Shown here: in pieces, positions 28,220 to 38,299 of the stretch | Layout: each line of letters begins with the position of its first letter | Numbering within the stretch: the first letter of the stretch is position 1 | NCBI GenBank assembly: GCA_051362555.1 | Contig: CM120640.1 | Span: 50,384,788 to 50,448,787 of the forward strand | Origin: Lingula anatina | Lineage: Eukaryota; Animalia; Brachiopoda | DNA length: 64,000 bases | Reading direction: 5' to 3' | Notes under the pieces: generated by a model | Seen by the model: the letters and a program-made list of their open reading frames with translations, nothing else | Databases searched by the model: none | Told to the model about the DNA's origin: nothing | Translations under genes and position numbers: made by a program

Positions 28220-31200
28220 ATGGAAACCTCCATGTCGCCAAAAATCTGTCCAAAAAATATTTTAAATGTTGTGTTGTTTTCATTCTTTTTTGTCAATATT
28301 TTTAATGAAATTTTATGTGGACCAGCAACAATAGACCCATTAAAAGTTAAAAAGAAACCAGGGTATAGACCGTCTACCGGAGGTTTACAGCCTGGAGAAA
28401 TAGTTTATGAAGATGTAACACCAACCACGGATGAACCAGAAAAAGACTTCTACATGTTTTCAGTAACTGACATAAAAGGAAAAACCGTTTCACTAGAAGA
28501 ATACAGAGGCATGGTACGTGATACAAAAAACTGTCAAAATCAGTTACAATCTGGGGGTGCAGCTAGAATTTTTTTCAAGACAAAAAACTGCAGCCCTTAT
28601 CAATTTGTAGACAAATTACAAATAAAAAATAAGTCAGAACTACTTTCGTGTTAAATACTCTTAATCACAATATTGATGCATACAACAAAATGACTGCCCC
28701 AATTTTAGTGCATTTAATTAGCCTTCTAGTAAATTTAGTACCTCAGCACCTGAACCACCTTATATGGACAAAAGCCAAGAATTTCGAAATGTGGGTACTT
28801 TTGTATTACGGGGGGGGGGGGGATTACTCCATGCACTTATTAGAGGCAAGATTAACGGTCCTCCTAAAATGGGCAATGCAACACTGAATTGAGTCATATT
28901 GTTAATGAAATTCTACTGGTATCCAGGGACTCTAAGTGAAAGGCAACCTACCTATTCAACATAATTTGAAGTTGAAGTGTTGTTACCTTATCTCCTTTTT
29001 TGTTATTGATATTAATATATTTTTAAAATTTCCGTTTCTTTTGCTTATATTAGGTTACCTTGGTAGTAAATGTGGCAAGTGAATGTGGATATACTGACAG
29101 TCATTACAAAGCACTTGTAAAGCTTCAAAATACACTAGCACCCAGTGGGAAGTTTACAGTATTAGCATTCCCTTGCAATCAGTTTGGGGCTCAGGAACCT
29201 AAGGTAGGTAGAGAATATATGCAGTCTCAATTAACAATAGCATCTATATTTGAATACATCATTGCTGAGAGTGAATATTGAACATGGCTATGTGAAGTTA
29301 TATATATATCTTGATTTATATTGTGTATGTCTTCAATATCATAATTGCACATTTCATTGAAGAAAATGATAGTGTTATTGTAGAAGATATAATGAATTAT
29401 GATGCATCTACAGTAATTATATCTCTGCATGTAACATCAAATATCCAGATCAGATGAATCCATTTTTGTATACAGACACTACTATTAATATTATTATTTT
29501 TTTAATTTTAGGATGAACCATCAATAGAAAAATTTGCAAAAGAAAAATATGGCGTGAATTTCCCTATGTTTTCAAAAATAAATGTTGTTGAAAAGGACAT
29601 TCCTGAGGCTTGGAAATTTTTAGAGGGTATGTGCCAGCAAAAAACAGAAGGCATTGATGCAAGCTGTTTTTCATTGTATTATTGTACCACCAGCGTTAGC
29701 GCTGGCGGTACACATGGTTTTAGTCCCGTCCGGATCGTTCCGCCGGACAGCTACCGTTACCGCTTCTCCTCCTAGACGGTAAGGGCCCCCGTACCCATCT
29801 CTTGGATTTAGGTCACCTATAATCTCAACTCGTTCCACGTAAAATTTGGGCTTTGTCGGTTTTGGGGTCTAGGTGTGGCACTCATTGCAATGCACCCTTG
29901 TCTAAAAATGGCAAAATTAAATGCTAATTATCTACCCTACGGAAGGAATTATGGGAAAAATTTCTACAGACGGCTTTCCAAAAGTCATATGTGTAGATTT
30001 CAAATATGCCCTTGGATTTGACCTTTGACCTTTATTTCAAGGTCAAACGAGCCAAAATTTTCAAAAAAATTAATTTTTTTACGAAAAAAAAATTATTTGC
30101 ATTGTTATTCAGACACCACACAGACTTAACCAATAATATTATTGGAAAGTGTTACCCTTCAGGTCATCTTTCATCTGCGTGAATTTGGGGTCAATCGGTG
30201 CATTTTCACGGGAGTAGCGGCCATAAGATACCGAAACTGAAAACTGTCTCTAATTCGGGAACCGTTAATGCTAGAGACCCATTCTTTTTTGCATTTTATA
30301 GAGCATGTAAAGCCCAACACTAGAAGTGGTCTCGGTTTTTTTGTATTCCATACGGTTTTCGAGTTACACTGTATCAAAAAGTACATATTGGTGGTGAAAG
30401 CAAAATGTGCAGTACGGTAATGGATAATAAATTTTGAACTCCGGAAAAATAAAACATAAGGCTTGGCAAAGCAGACAACTTGTGGTCAAAAATGACATTA
30501 TTTCATCAAATTTGAACATCTGGAACTTCAGACCACCTCCCATTTCAAGAATTTTGACCAAAATGACCTTTTCTTTATTTTAATTAATTTTTTCTGTTGG
30601 AAATTTATGGCACATTATGGTGACTCCAAAATTATAACATTTAGTCCCTTATATCTCCAAAACTGGCAGAGATAGGTCCATAGTTACTATTGAAGTTGAA
30701 TAGGAAGTCATATACTGGCAATCTTAATGTGACCTTAAAATTGACCTTTGACCTACTTTTCACCATGAACTGAACTTTGCAAATTTTGGTTCCCTTTTAT
30801 CTCCAAAACTGGCAGAGATAGGTCCATAGTTACTATTGAACTTGAATAGGAAGTCATATACTGGCAATCTAAATGTGACCTTAAAATTGACCTTTGACCT
30901 ACTTTTCACCATGAACTGAACTTTGCAAATTTTGCCTCCCTTTTATCTCCAAAACTGGCAGAGATAGGTCCATAGTTACTATTGAAGTTGAATAGGAAGT
31001 CATATACTGGCAATCTAAATGTGACCTTAAAATTGACCTTTGACCTACTTTTCACCATGAACTGAACTTTGCAAATTTTGGTTCCCTTTTATCTCCAAAG
31101 TTACGCTGTATCAAAAAGTACATATTGGTGGTGAAAGCAAAATGTGCAGTACGGTAATGTATAATAAATTTTGAACTCCGGAAAAATAAAACATAAGGCT

Positions 31201-32537
31201 TGGCAAAGCAGACAAGTTGTGGTCAAAAATGACATTATTTCATCAAATTTGAACATCTGGAACTTCAGAGCACCTCCCATTTCAAGAATTTTGCCCAAAA
31301 TGCCCTTTTCTTTATTTTAATTAATTTCTTCTGTAGGAAATTTATGGCACATTATGGTAACTCCAAAATTATAACATTTAGTCCCTTATATCTCCAAAAC
31401 TGGCAGAGATAGGTCCATAGTTACTATTGAAGTTGAATAGGAAGTCATATATTGGCAATCTTACTGTGACCTTGAAATTGACCTTTGACCTACTTTTCAC
31501 CATGAACTGAACTTTGCAAATTTTGGTTCCCTTTTATCTCCAAAACTGGCAGAGATAGGTCCATAGTTACTATTGAACTTGAATAGGAAGTCATATATTG
31601 GCAATCTAAATGTGACCTTGAAATTGACCTTTGACCTACTTTTCACCATGAACTGAACTTTGCAAATTTTGGTTCCCTTTTATCTCCAAAACTGGCAGAG
31701 ATAGGTCCATAGTTACTATTGAAGTTGAATATGAAGTCATATACTGGCAATCTAAATGTGACCTTGAAATTGACCTTTGACTTACTTTTCACCATGAACT
31801 GAACTTTGCAAATTTTGCTTCCCTTTTATCTCCAAAACTGGCAGAGATAGGTCCATAGTTACTATTGAAGTTGAATAGGAAGTCATATACTGGCAATTTA
31901 CTGTGACCTTGAAATTGACTTTTGACCTACCTTACGATGAACTTAACTTTGATTGTACCATTTTTAGGCATATATATTTTTTGCACATTTTGAAAATTCT
32001 TGTTGATTGCATTTTTACAGCTTGTCAAGCAGAAGACTGGTGGCTGTGACCCTTATTTTGTGTATGTGGGGGTCTATACGAATGCGCTTGCTCCAGCTGG
32101 TGGTACAATATTCGGAGGCGGTATCGCCTCTCTGATCCTCTAGTTTCTATAAATTTATATGACATATTTTCCCTCTTCTAATTATTAAATAGTGTTTTAT
32201 CTTTCAAATGAAAAAATAACTATCTGGCTGATTAAATGGGCAAAACACTTTTTATCAGTTATTTTCCCCCCACAAAGTGTATTTCATATGACTGATAAGA
32301 GAATAATTTTTATTATTATTCAATTAAGTTTAAATATTATGGCAATATTTTTCAGATTTTTCAAGACTGGTTCCAAATTGGAACTTCTGGAAGTATCTAA
32401 TAAATCCCAGTGGTCATGTTATAGCCACATGGGGTCCCTGGATACCAGTGGAGGATGTGATTGAACAGATAACAGAGGCTGTACATGCAGCAGCTGATGA
32501 CTTGGTTGTATCTGACACAATACACGAGGAACTGTGA
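28220..32537 (+). CDS. GPX7: Cys-type ER glutathione peroxidase (GPX7/8 family)
   Basis: Exons 28220-28513, 29054-29203, 29512-29626, 32356-32537. Hydrophobic N-terminus, VVNVASECGYT (TGT Cys at the active site), LAFPCNQFGAQEP, PNWNFWKYL, C-terminal HEEL ER-retrieval signal. Confidence 0.93.
29680..32144 (+). mobile_element. Helentron-associated non-autonomous element (HINE/DINE-like) carrying tandem repeats, in GPX7 intron 3
   Basis: Subterminal inverted repeat TATTGTACCACCAGC (29680-29694 / 32096-32110), 5' palindrome, 3' hairpin GAGGCG-GTAT-CGCCTC (32115-32130) followed by CTAGTT; internal 146-bp arrays. Confidence 0.8.
30363..31950. repeat. 146-bp tandem repeat arrays inside a 737-bp higher-order duplication
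   Basis: TCTCCAAAACTGGCAGAGATAGG recurs at 30654, 30800, 30946, then 31391, 31537, 31683, 31829; block 30363-31099 is repeated from 31100. Confidence 0.95.
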
Positions 32538-33120
32538 TGGAGAACTGCTTTAACCACACCTCTGATCCAAATGTTGTAATTTTTTATTCCTTGGGCCTTG
32601 TTATATCTACTTGCAGATCTCGCAGATGCTGTAGTATCAATGCATATGTTACATTTAATATTTCTGAAATTATGTGGGTGTACTAGATCAATTTTATTCA
32701 GTCAAGATATGTTGATAATCAGTGCCAGGGTGCAGTTCCTTTGAAGGTCAAATATACTACATACTGCATGTCTTCCTATGCAGTTTTTTTTTTTTTTAGA
32801 TCCATTGCTTTTTCAGATAACATTTTCTGAAAATATGGAATGTCGTTTGAATTGTGGAATCCAATATGTGATAAACAATACAATTGTTCTGTTAAACTTA
32901 ATTTTCATCAGTTTAAAAATGCCGGTAATTATTTCATGCTAAGAGTTCAAGTAGTACCGTTTAATAAATGTTTGCTCATCTCGAACAACAAGAACTAGCA
33001 TAAAAAAGCACAAGGACAGTTTTTATTTTTCTTTTTTATTGATACTTTTGTACTTTTGGTCATATAAAAACTGAATGCTTAAATCTCTGAGTCTTTTAGT
33101 TATTTCCAATTGTATTCATC

Positions 33121-33177
33121 AGTCGGTAATCCAAGGTCACCCACCATGATGGTTTAGGGCACCTCTTCATGGAGACT
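33121..33177 (-). promoter_or_regulatory. SECIS element 2 of selenoprotein P
   Basis: Minus strand AGTC-tcc-ATGA-A-GAGGTGCCC-T-AA-ACCA-TCA-TGGT-GGGTGACCTT-G-GA-ttacc-GACT: AUGA/GA quartet, helix II, apical AA and mini-stem, helix I AGTC/GACT. Confidence 0.85.
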
Positions 33178-33429
33178 TCGAAGAAAATAGATAACAGTAT
33201 GTCCCCAAAGATAAAGCAGCTTAAGGAAAGACAACATGCCACTTAGGCAATCTAACAGCATTTATCAGAGCATAAGTCAATGATTAACTAAAGATATTTA
33301 CCTTTGATAAAATTTGCTTCTGATCAACATGTAAATCAAATGTAGTTCAGTATATCTGACTAACATACAATCTTGAATATATATGTTCCCTAACATTTAA
33401 GGACCAGAAAACCTTGCTACAAACCACAG

Positions 33430-33492
33430 TTCAAGCATCTGGAGTACAGGGACCTCTCGGTTTTACCCATACTCCTTCATTAATAACTTGGT
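33430..33492 (-). promoter_or_regulatory. SECIS element 1 of selenoprotein P (type II)
   Basis: Minus strand CAAGT-tatta-ATGA-A-GGAGTATGGG-T-AAA-ACC-GAGA-GGT-C-CCTGTACTCC-A-GA-T-GCTTG: 10-bp helix II, apical AAA, GNRA-capped mini-stem, helix I CAAGT/GCTTG. Confidence 0.92.
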
Positions 33493-33673
33493 TCAATGCA
33501 GCAGTGGATTCCATGGTCACTTAGATGTTAGTCGATTTACTTGAAGGACCTGAAGTGTTTTAAGTGTTGAGTGATATTTGATCTCCATTTGTTTAATTTA
33601 GAATCCCATCCCAAAAAGATGCTCCAAGTAAATCATTTTGCTTTGTGTTCACGTTTGAGTCTTTTCTAATACA

Positions 33674-36600
33674 TTACTGTCACTGTCATGGACCAGGTTG
33701 TCATTGTCAGCTAGTCATTTTGTCAGAAAGAAAACTCAGTTGTCACTGCCAAGATTTAGTAGGGTTGGCAGCTGACAAGGCCTGTCATTTTCATGGTCCA
33801 GAGTGTCACTGTCAGTTGGAATTAACAGCTGAAGATTTCAGTTGTCACCGTCAAGTATTAGACTGGCACTCTCATTTTGGCACACCTTCAGGAAAAATCT
33901 GTGCCTCTCATTGTCAAGTGGGGCTAGAAGCAGCCAGCATGGTTTGTCATTGTCATGACCAACATTGTCAATGTCAACTGGGTTTTCTTTCAGAAGATGA
34001 ATCTTGCTGCCATTGTCAAGTGGAGCTGTTAGAAGCTAGCATGGTGTGTCACTGTCATGATCCAGATTGTCACAGTCAACCAGGTTTTCCTTCAGAAGAT
34101 GTGTCTTGCTGTCATTGTCAAGTGGGGGTGGTATTGGCCAGTGTTGTGTGTCATTGTCATGACCCAGATTGTCACTGTCAACTAGGTTTTCCCTCAGAAA
34201 ATGAACCTTTTTGTCACTGTCAATTGGAGCTGGTAGTGCTCTGCATATTGTGTCACTGTCATGGCTCTGTGTGTCATTGTCAGCTAGACTTTCCGTCTTC
34301 AGAAGAATGTTGCTGTCAATGTCAGATGGGATTAGAATCGACAGGAGAGGCCTGTCACAATCAAGAACCAGACTGTCAGTGTCAGCTAGACTTCTTGGTG
34401 GAAGATGTACTTAGTTGTCATTGTCATGAAGTGGGAATGGTGTTAGGAGGCACTGTTTGACACTGTCAAGTTGGATCTTTCTGCTGTCATGTTGCATATG
34501 TTGCTATAGAGTTTTGTCAGTGACAATCTACTGTCTTTTCTCTACAGTGTGAAATCAGGGCTTTACACTTTCATGGACTAACTTCTGAGGTGGGATCATG
34601 ATATCATTTACAAGATGTGGGGACGTTCAGTAGTTCGGAGTTACTCTGACATTGGCATGACATGTGTTTTTTATTAGTGTTGCCAAAATTTGGTAAATTT
34701 CTGCAGTGGCAGAGAGAACTTTCATCAATAGAAACACCTGCTTCTGATCACAAACATTTTTGAGACTTATACTTGTATCAGGTCATGTTTGTTTGTCATT
34801 GTCAGGTGGTGGTGGATCTGTTTATGTCATTTGGTCACTGTCAAGTAGTACAAAGACTGCAGGTATTTTGACTTGGTGAAGAGTCTTTGAGGTCATGAGT
34901 TGTTGTCTGTCATGTGAAGTTAGATGGTTCTTGTGTGTCAGACATGTGATGTGACATTTTCTTGGATACAGTTAATAACTGACATCAAATGGCATCAGTC
35001 CCATTGTTTTTTAATTGATCGCAATGGGATGTATTTACACCTGCTCACTTATTTTCTACTTGTTTATTGTCATCCTGGTTCTCCTGTTCCATCTGCTGCT
35101 CATCAGACATCACTTCGATTTGGTTTGAGTCCTCTTCTTCTAATGGACCCTTCCTGATAGTTTTGTTGTCCCTGTGCTTCTTTGATATGGGACCAGTTGT
35201 CGTCATGGAGGTAAACAGCAATTCTTCTTGTGCCAATTCGTTGGTTTCAAACTTGAAAAAAAAGTTTTGCAAACTTCACTTCAGAGCATCCTAGTAAACA
35301 GTACTTTTGTAATACAAGTACTTTATTCTGGATGAGTTACTGTTACATATCTGTTTTCCTTTAAACTTTCGACCAAATATGATTATTTTCGGCTTTGCTC
35401 AGCATATTTGTTTGAAATGTGTTGATAGAAGTTGAATACATGCCTACAGTTCGCTGCCTGGAAAGGTCTAACAAAAGACCACTTAAACTTTGGAACTTTA
35501 GTTCTTTATGGCCTCGTTCTGGGCGGTTGTAACAAATATAATAACTAAAAAAGCACTCAGAGCGCAGACCACCGCCATGGAAGTTTAGTTCCCATTCTTG
35601 ATTAATGAATCAATTCACGGATCACCAACAGAATCGAACTGATTTAAATTTCATTTCTGAGCTATCTTGGAAATTTTCTCAAAATCCGCTCATAACTTTT
35701 TTCAGTTGGGTTGTTAACAAAAAAAAAAAAAAAAAAAAAGAAAAAGAAAAAAAATTATTCCATAACAGAAGTAATAATAATTTCTTTGAGGAGGTCGACA
35801 CTGTTTGCAATTTTTATGAAATTCTAGAATTGAGCAGACAGTGCAATCATTAGCGGTTGAGGAAATATTTCATCAACGGGAAGTGCACCCAGGCGGCTGT
35901 CCTCTCAACTTAAAACAAAACAGGTTCTAATGAAGCCGATCTGAACTTGGCATTTGTTTGAAATTAAAACGGGTTTAATGAAATTAACAAAATGTACTTC
36001 AAACATTTTTGAAAATAAATTATCATTTGATATTTCGCAAAACATTTACTTTACCTCATCTCCTGACCCCAGATCATCGACATTATGCTTTTCCTCTTCT
36101 TGGGTGGGGCAAACGCCACAAGGCTCGTCATAGTAAGTGGATAGAATGGCTGCTTCCGTATACGGATATGCCAACCAGCTTTTAGGAAATGGTATGAAAA
36201 ATGCTAGGCGGCCGCATCTAAAAGAATAATATTGCACTTCTCGTTAGTATTTTTTATTCAGAAATTTATTACGACGAGAAGAAAATGTTTTTCACAGACC
36301 GCTGTTAACATAAGATTCGAATGTCTGTCTATCCTTCATTAGTGTTTTTGTATGTTCTTTTATTTCGTACAAATATCACTGTGTACCTGTCATAAACGAA
36401 AATATCATCTTTCCCTCCTTCTAGTGTATACCAGATGTCATTTTTGTGCGTCGATCTGTATACCGGAAAGCGAACTCTTCGTTGAAGTGTGCCGTGCATC
36501 AGTTGAGCGTGCCATTTTTTGGAGTTAATTGCCAAAAAAGAAATTTCGTCTAAGCCATGTCTAAGGAACTTTTGTCGCAGGTATTCCAAACTGAAATGTA

Positions 36601-37422
36601 ATGTTGCTAATGATAAAATGGTATCTGGCTGAGCAGAAAAAGTACATTAATCAATGTTTTCTTGGAAAAGGGTTTATGGAGAAATGTATGCCTTGTTTGA
36701 GGCAGCTGTCTCTGGAAGATTTATTACATGCTTGTGTCTGGAACGATATGTTTCGTCTGAAATTTGGTTATTATTTCAGATAAATGCCCTCAATACGGCC
36801 TCAATATTACGATGATTGTCGTTGTTGATTTGGCGCAAACATTCCTACTTACTACCGCCCCTGCCTGAGACAAAGTTTTCAACTGGCCTGAAGAAGTGAG
36901 ACGACGGTAACGTTTCCTCGGTGATTTTCCATCGGACTCTCCCCGTCCACGAACCACGATGGTGGTGGTGCACATTTCACAGCGGCTCCGGCATTTCCCG
37001 CTAGGCACAGGATGGTCGCTATTAGCAGACCTGTCCCAGCCGCCGCGGCCCTGTAAATGTTTCTGATATTTTGTTTTGTTGCGCTTGTTTTATCAGATGT
37101 TTTATGACGCACAGCATTTAAACATTTGTTAGAATTTACATTTATTAAAACTAAGATCTAATAAACGGATATTAGATCTTAGATTAAAACCAATGCTATA
37201 AACTGAAAAAGTCAATGTTATTCTCAATCAAACTATATATTTGAAGATGTTATTTTAACCCCGAAAAGCACACGGACTGCCACATCGTAATATTTTTTAA
37301 AGCTAGATGGGCGATTTGATTTCAAAGCCGTGCTCGAAAAGTCTTTACAGAGAACATATCACAAGTTTTATAAATTATATCTGGCTTTGGACTCACCTGC
37401 CGATTTTTACTTGAACACCCAG
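33674..37422 (-). CDS. SELENOP: Selenoprotein P with about 58-59 selenocysteine (UGA) codons, ~720-735 aa
   Basis: Exons 37422(?)-37397, 37050-36853, 36590-36387, 36217-36055 and 35290 (or 35251)-33674. N-domain VTVVSLLQAS-U-KLC (TGA at 36881-36879), GGKDDIFVYDRCGRL, YPYTEAAI, CGVC. The last exon is open apart from TGA until TAA at 33676-33674. Two SECIS elements lie downstream. The start codon and the last acceptor are uncertain. Confidence 0.95.
33677..34430 (-). repeat. Coding tandem repeat of ~102 nt (~34 aa, three U-x-U motifs per unit) in SELENOP
   Basis: TCAGAA(G/A)A recurs on the plus strand at ~33990, 34092, 34194, 34299; example unit UQUQQDTSSEGKPG-ULUQSGS-UQUHTMLASNSST. Confidence 0.88.
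35543..35795 (-). mobile_element. Degenerate short HINE/Helentron-like element in SELENOP intron 4
   Basis: Minus strand begins ACCTCCTCAAAG...TTATT, contains a simple-repeat tract, and ends GGCGGTGGTCT-GCGCTCTGAGTGC (hairpin)-TTTTTTAGTT. Confidence 0.5.
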
Positions 37423-37499
37423 AATATGTAGATGTTTTTGTGATGCTCAATAAAGACCTTGCTTCACTGTTCCTTGTATATGTGTAATATCAAACTGCG

Positions 37500-37600
37500 T
37501 ATGAAGCTCGACCCTTGATCTACTCAGCTTATATATGCTTGTGTGACCTGGTTTGTTTACTCCGATAATTGCCTGACTTTGATACTGAGTAAATCAGCAG
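37500..37600 (-). promoter_or_regulatory. SELENOP core promoter: TATA box with upstream Forkhead-type and nuclear-receptor half sites
   Basis: TATATAAG at 37535-37528, GTAAACAA at 37560-37553, AGGTCA at 37549-37544; exon 1 donor CAG|GTGAGT at 37397/37396. Confidence 0.55.
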
Positions 37601-38299
37601 TTCGAGGGCACACCACTGAGTTCTTACGTGCATGACCCTGAAGTACTGAAGTAACTTTGAGGAAAATTATATAAAACGACCAAAGATCATTTACTCCACT
37701 GACTATGGGAAAAGCCTTTTAACTTGTACATTTCTAAAAAAAAGTGTAAAGAGCAGTCATCGGAGTCATTCACAGAAAAGATTTTCACGTGTGAAAAGTC
37801 TATGTACAATGTACGGTATGCACATTGACATCCCACACAGATAAATATGATTCCAAGATACCGAAACTAGGAGCATCTTTGGACAATACGTTTACTGATG
37901 AAATTATGATTTACGCATACCTAAACTTATTTTGTGCTTAATTATACTACACGTAGGGCCTAATCAAAATTCAAAGCGAAAATATTTTGTAAAATGGGCT
38001 AAATGGCTAGCTTACTCTGGAGGGGTGGAACCTGGAGCGAAAGTCAAAGTAGTTTGTAGCATAGGTTTGACCAAGGAGTTGTTGGTTAAACTTAACGCTG
38101 GCGTTTTAAAAAATATTATTCATTTATTTTCCGCAAACGCTTTTCCAAATTGAATAATAATGTTTTCATTACATTTTTCATTTCTTTTTATTCTCATATG
38201 TCCGAAATGTAATCTACTAGTAGTAGCTGTCTATAAAAAAAAGCACAATGCCGCCCTGCACTCAGATTTAAAAAAACTCCAATTTCATCGTGCCCTCTA

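Noticed and set aside
30363-31950. CRISPR-like array, or duplicated 65-aa genes at 30364-30561 and 31101-31298
   Set aside because: Units are contiguous with no unique spacers, the context is eukaryotic, and the ORFs are by-products of the 737-bp duplication.
29054-32970. GPX as a selenoprotein
   Set aside because: The active site is TGT (ECG), and no convincing SECIS was seen in its 3' UTR.
33645-34460. 271-aa Cys/His-rich plus-strand ORF that looks like a metallothionein (CHCQ/CHCH repeats)
   Set aside because: It is the antisense shadow of the SELENOP TGA-CAR repeats (reverse complement gives TGTCA). It starts at GTG and has no promoter or splice support, whereas the minus strand has the SelP domain and SECIS elements.
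35291-35545. Additional SELENOP coding exon upstream of 35290
   Set aside because: Phase-0 reading from the candidate acceptors meets TAA or TAG quickly, and a TAG directly precedes 35290 in the Sec frame.
33674-36881. SELENOP as a pseudogene full of premature stops, or a variant genetic code
   Set aside because: All internal stops are TGA, none TAA/TAG, and two SECIS elements are present. Neighbouring GPX7 ends on a normal TGA right after HEEL.
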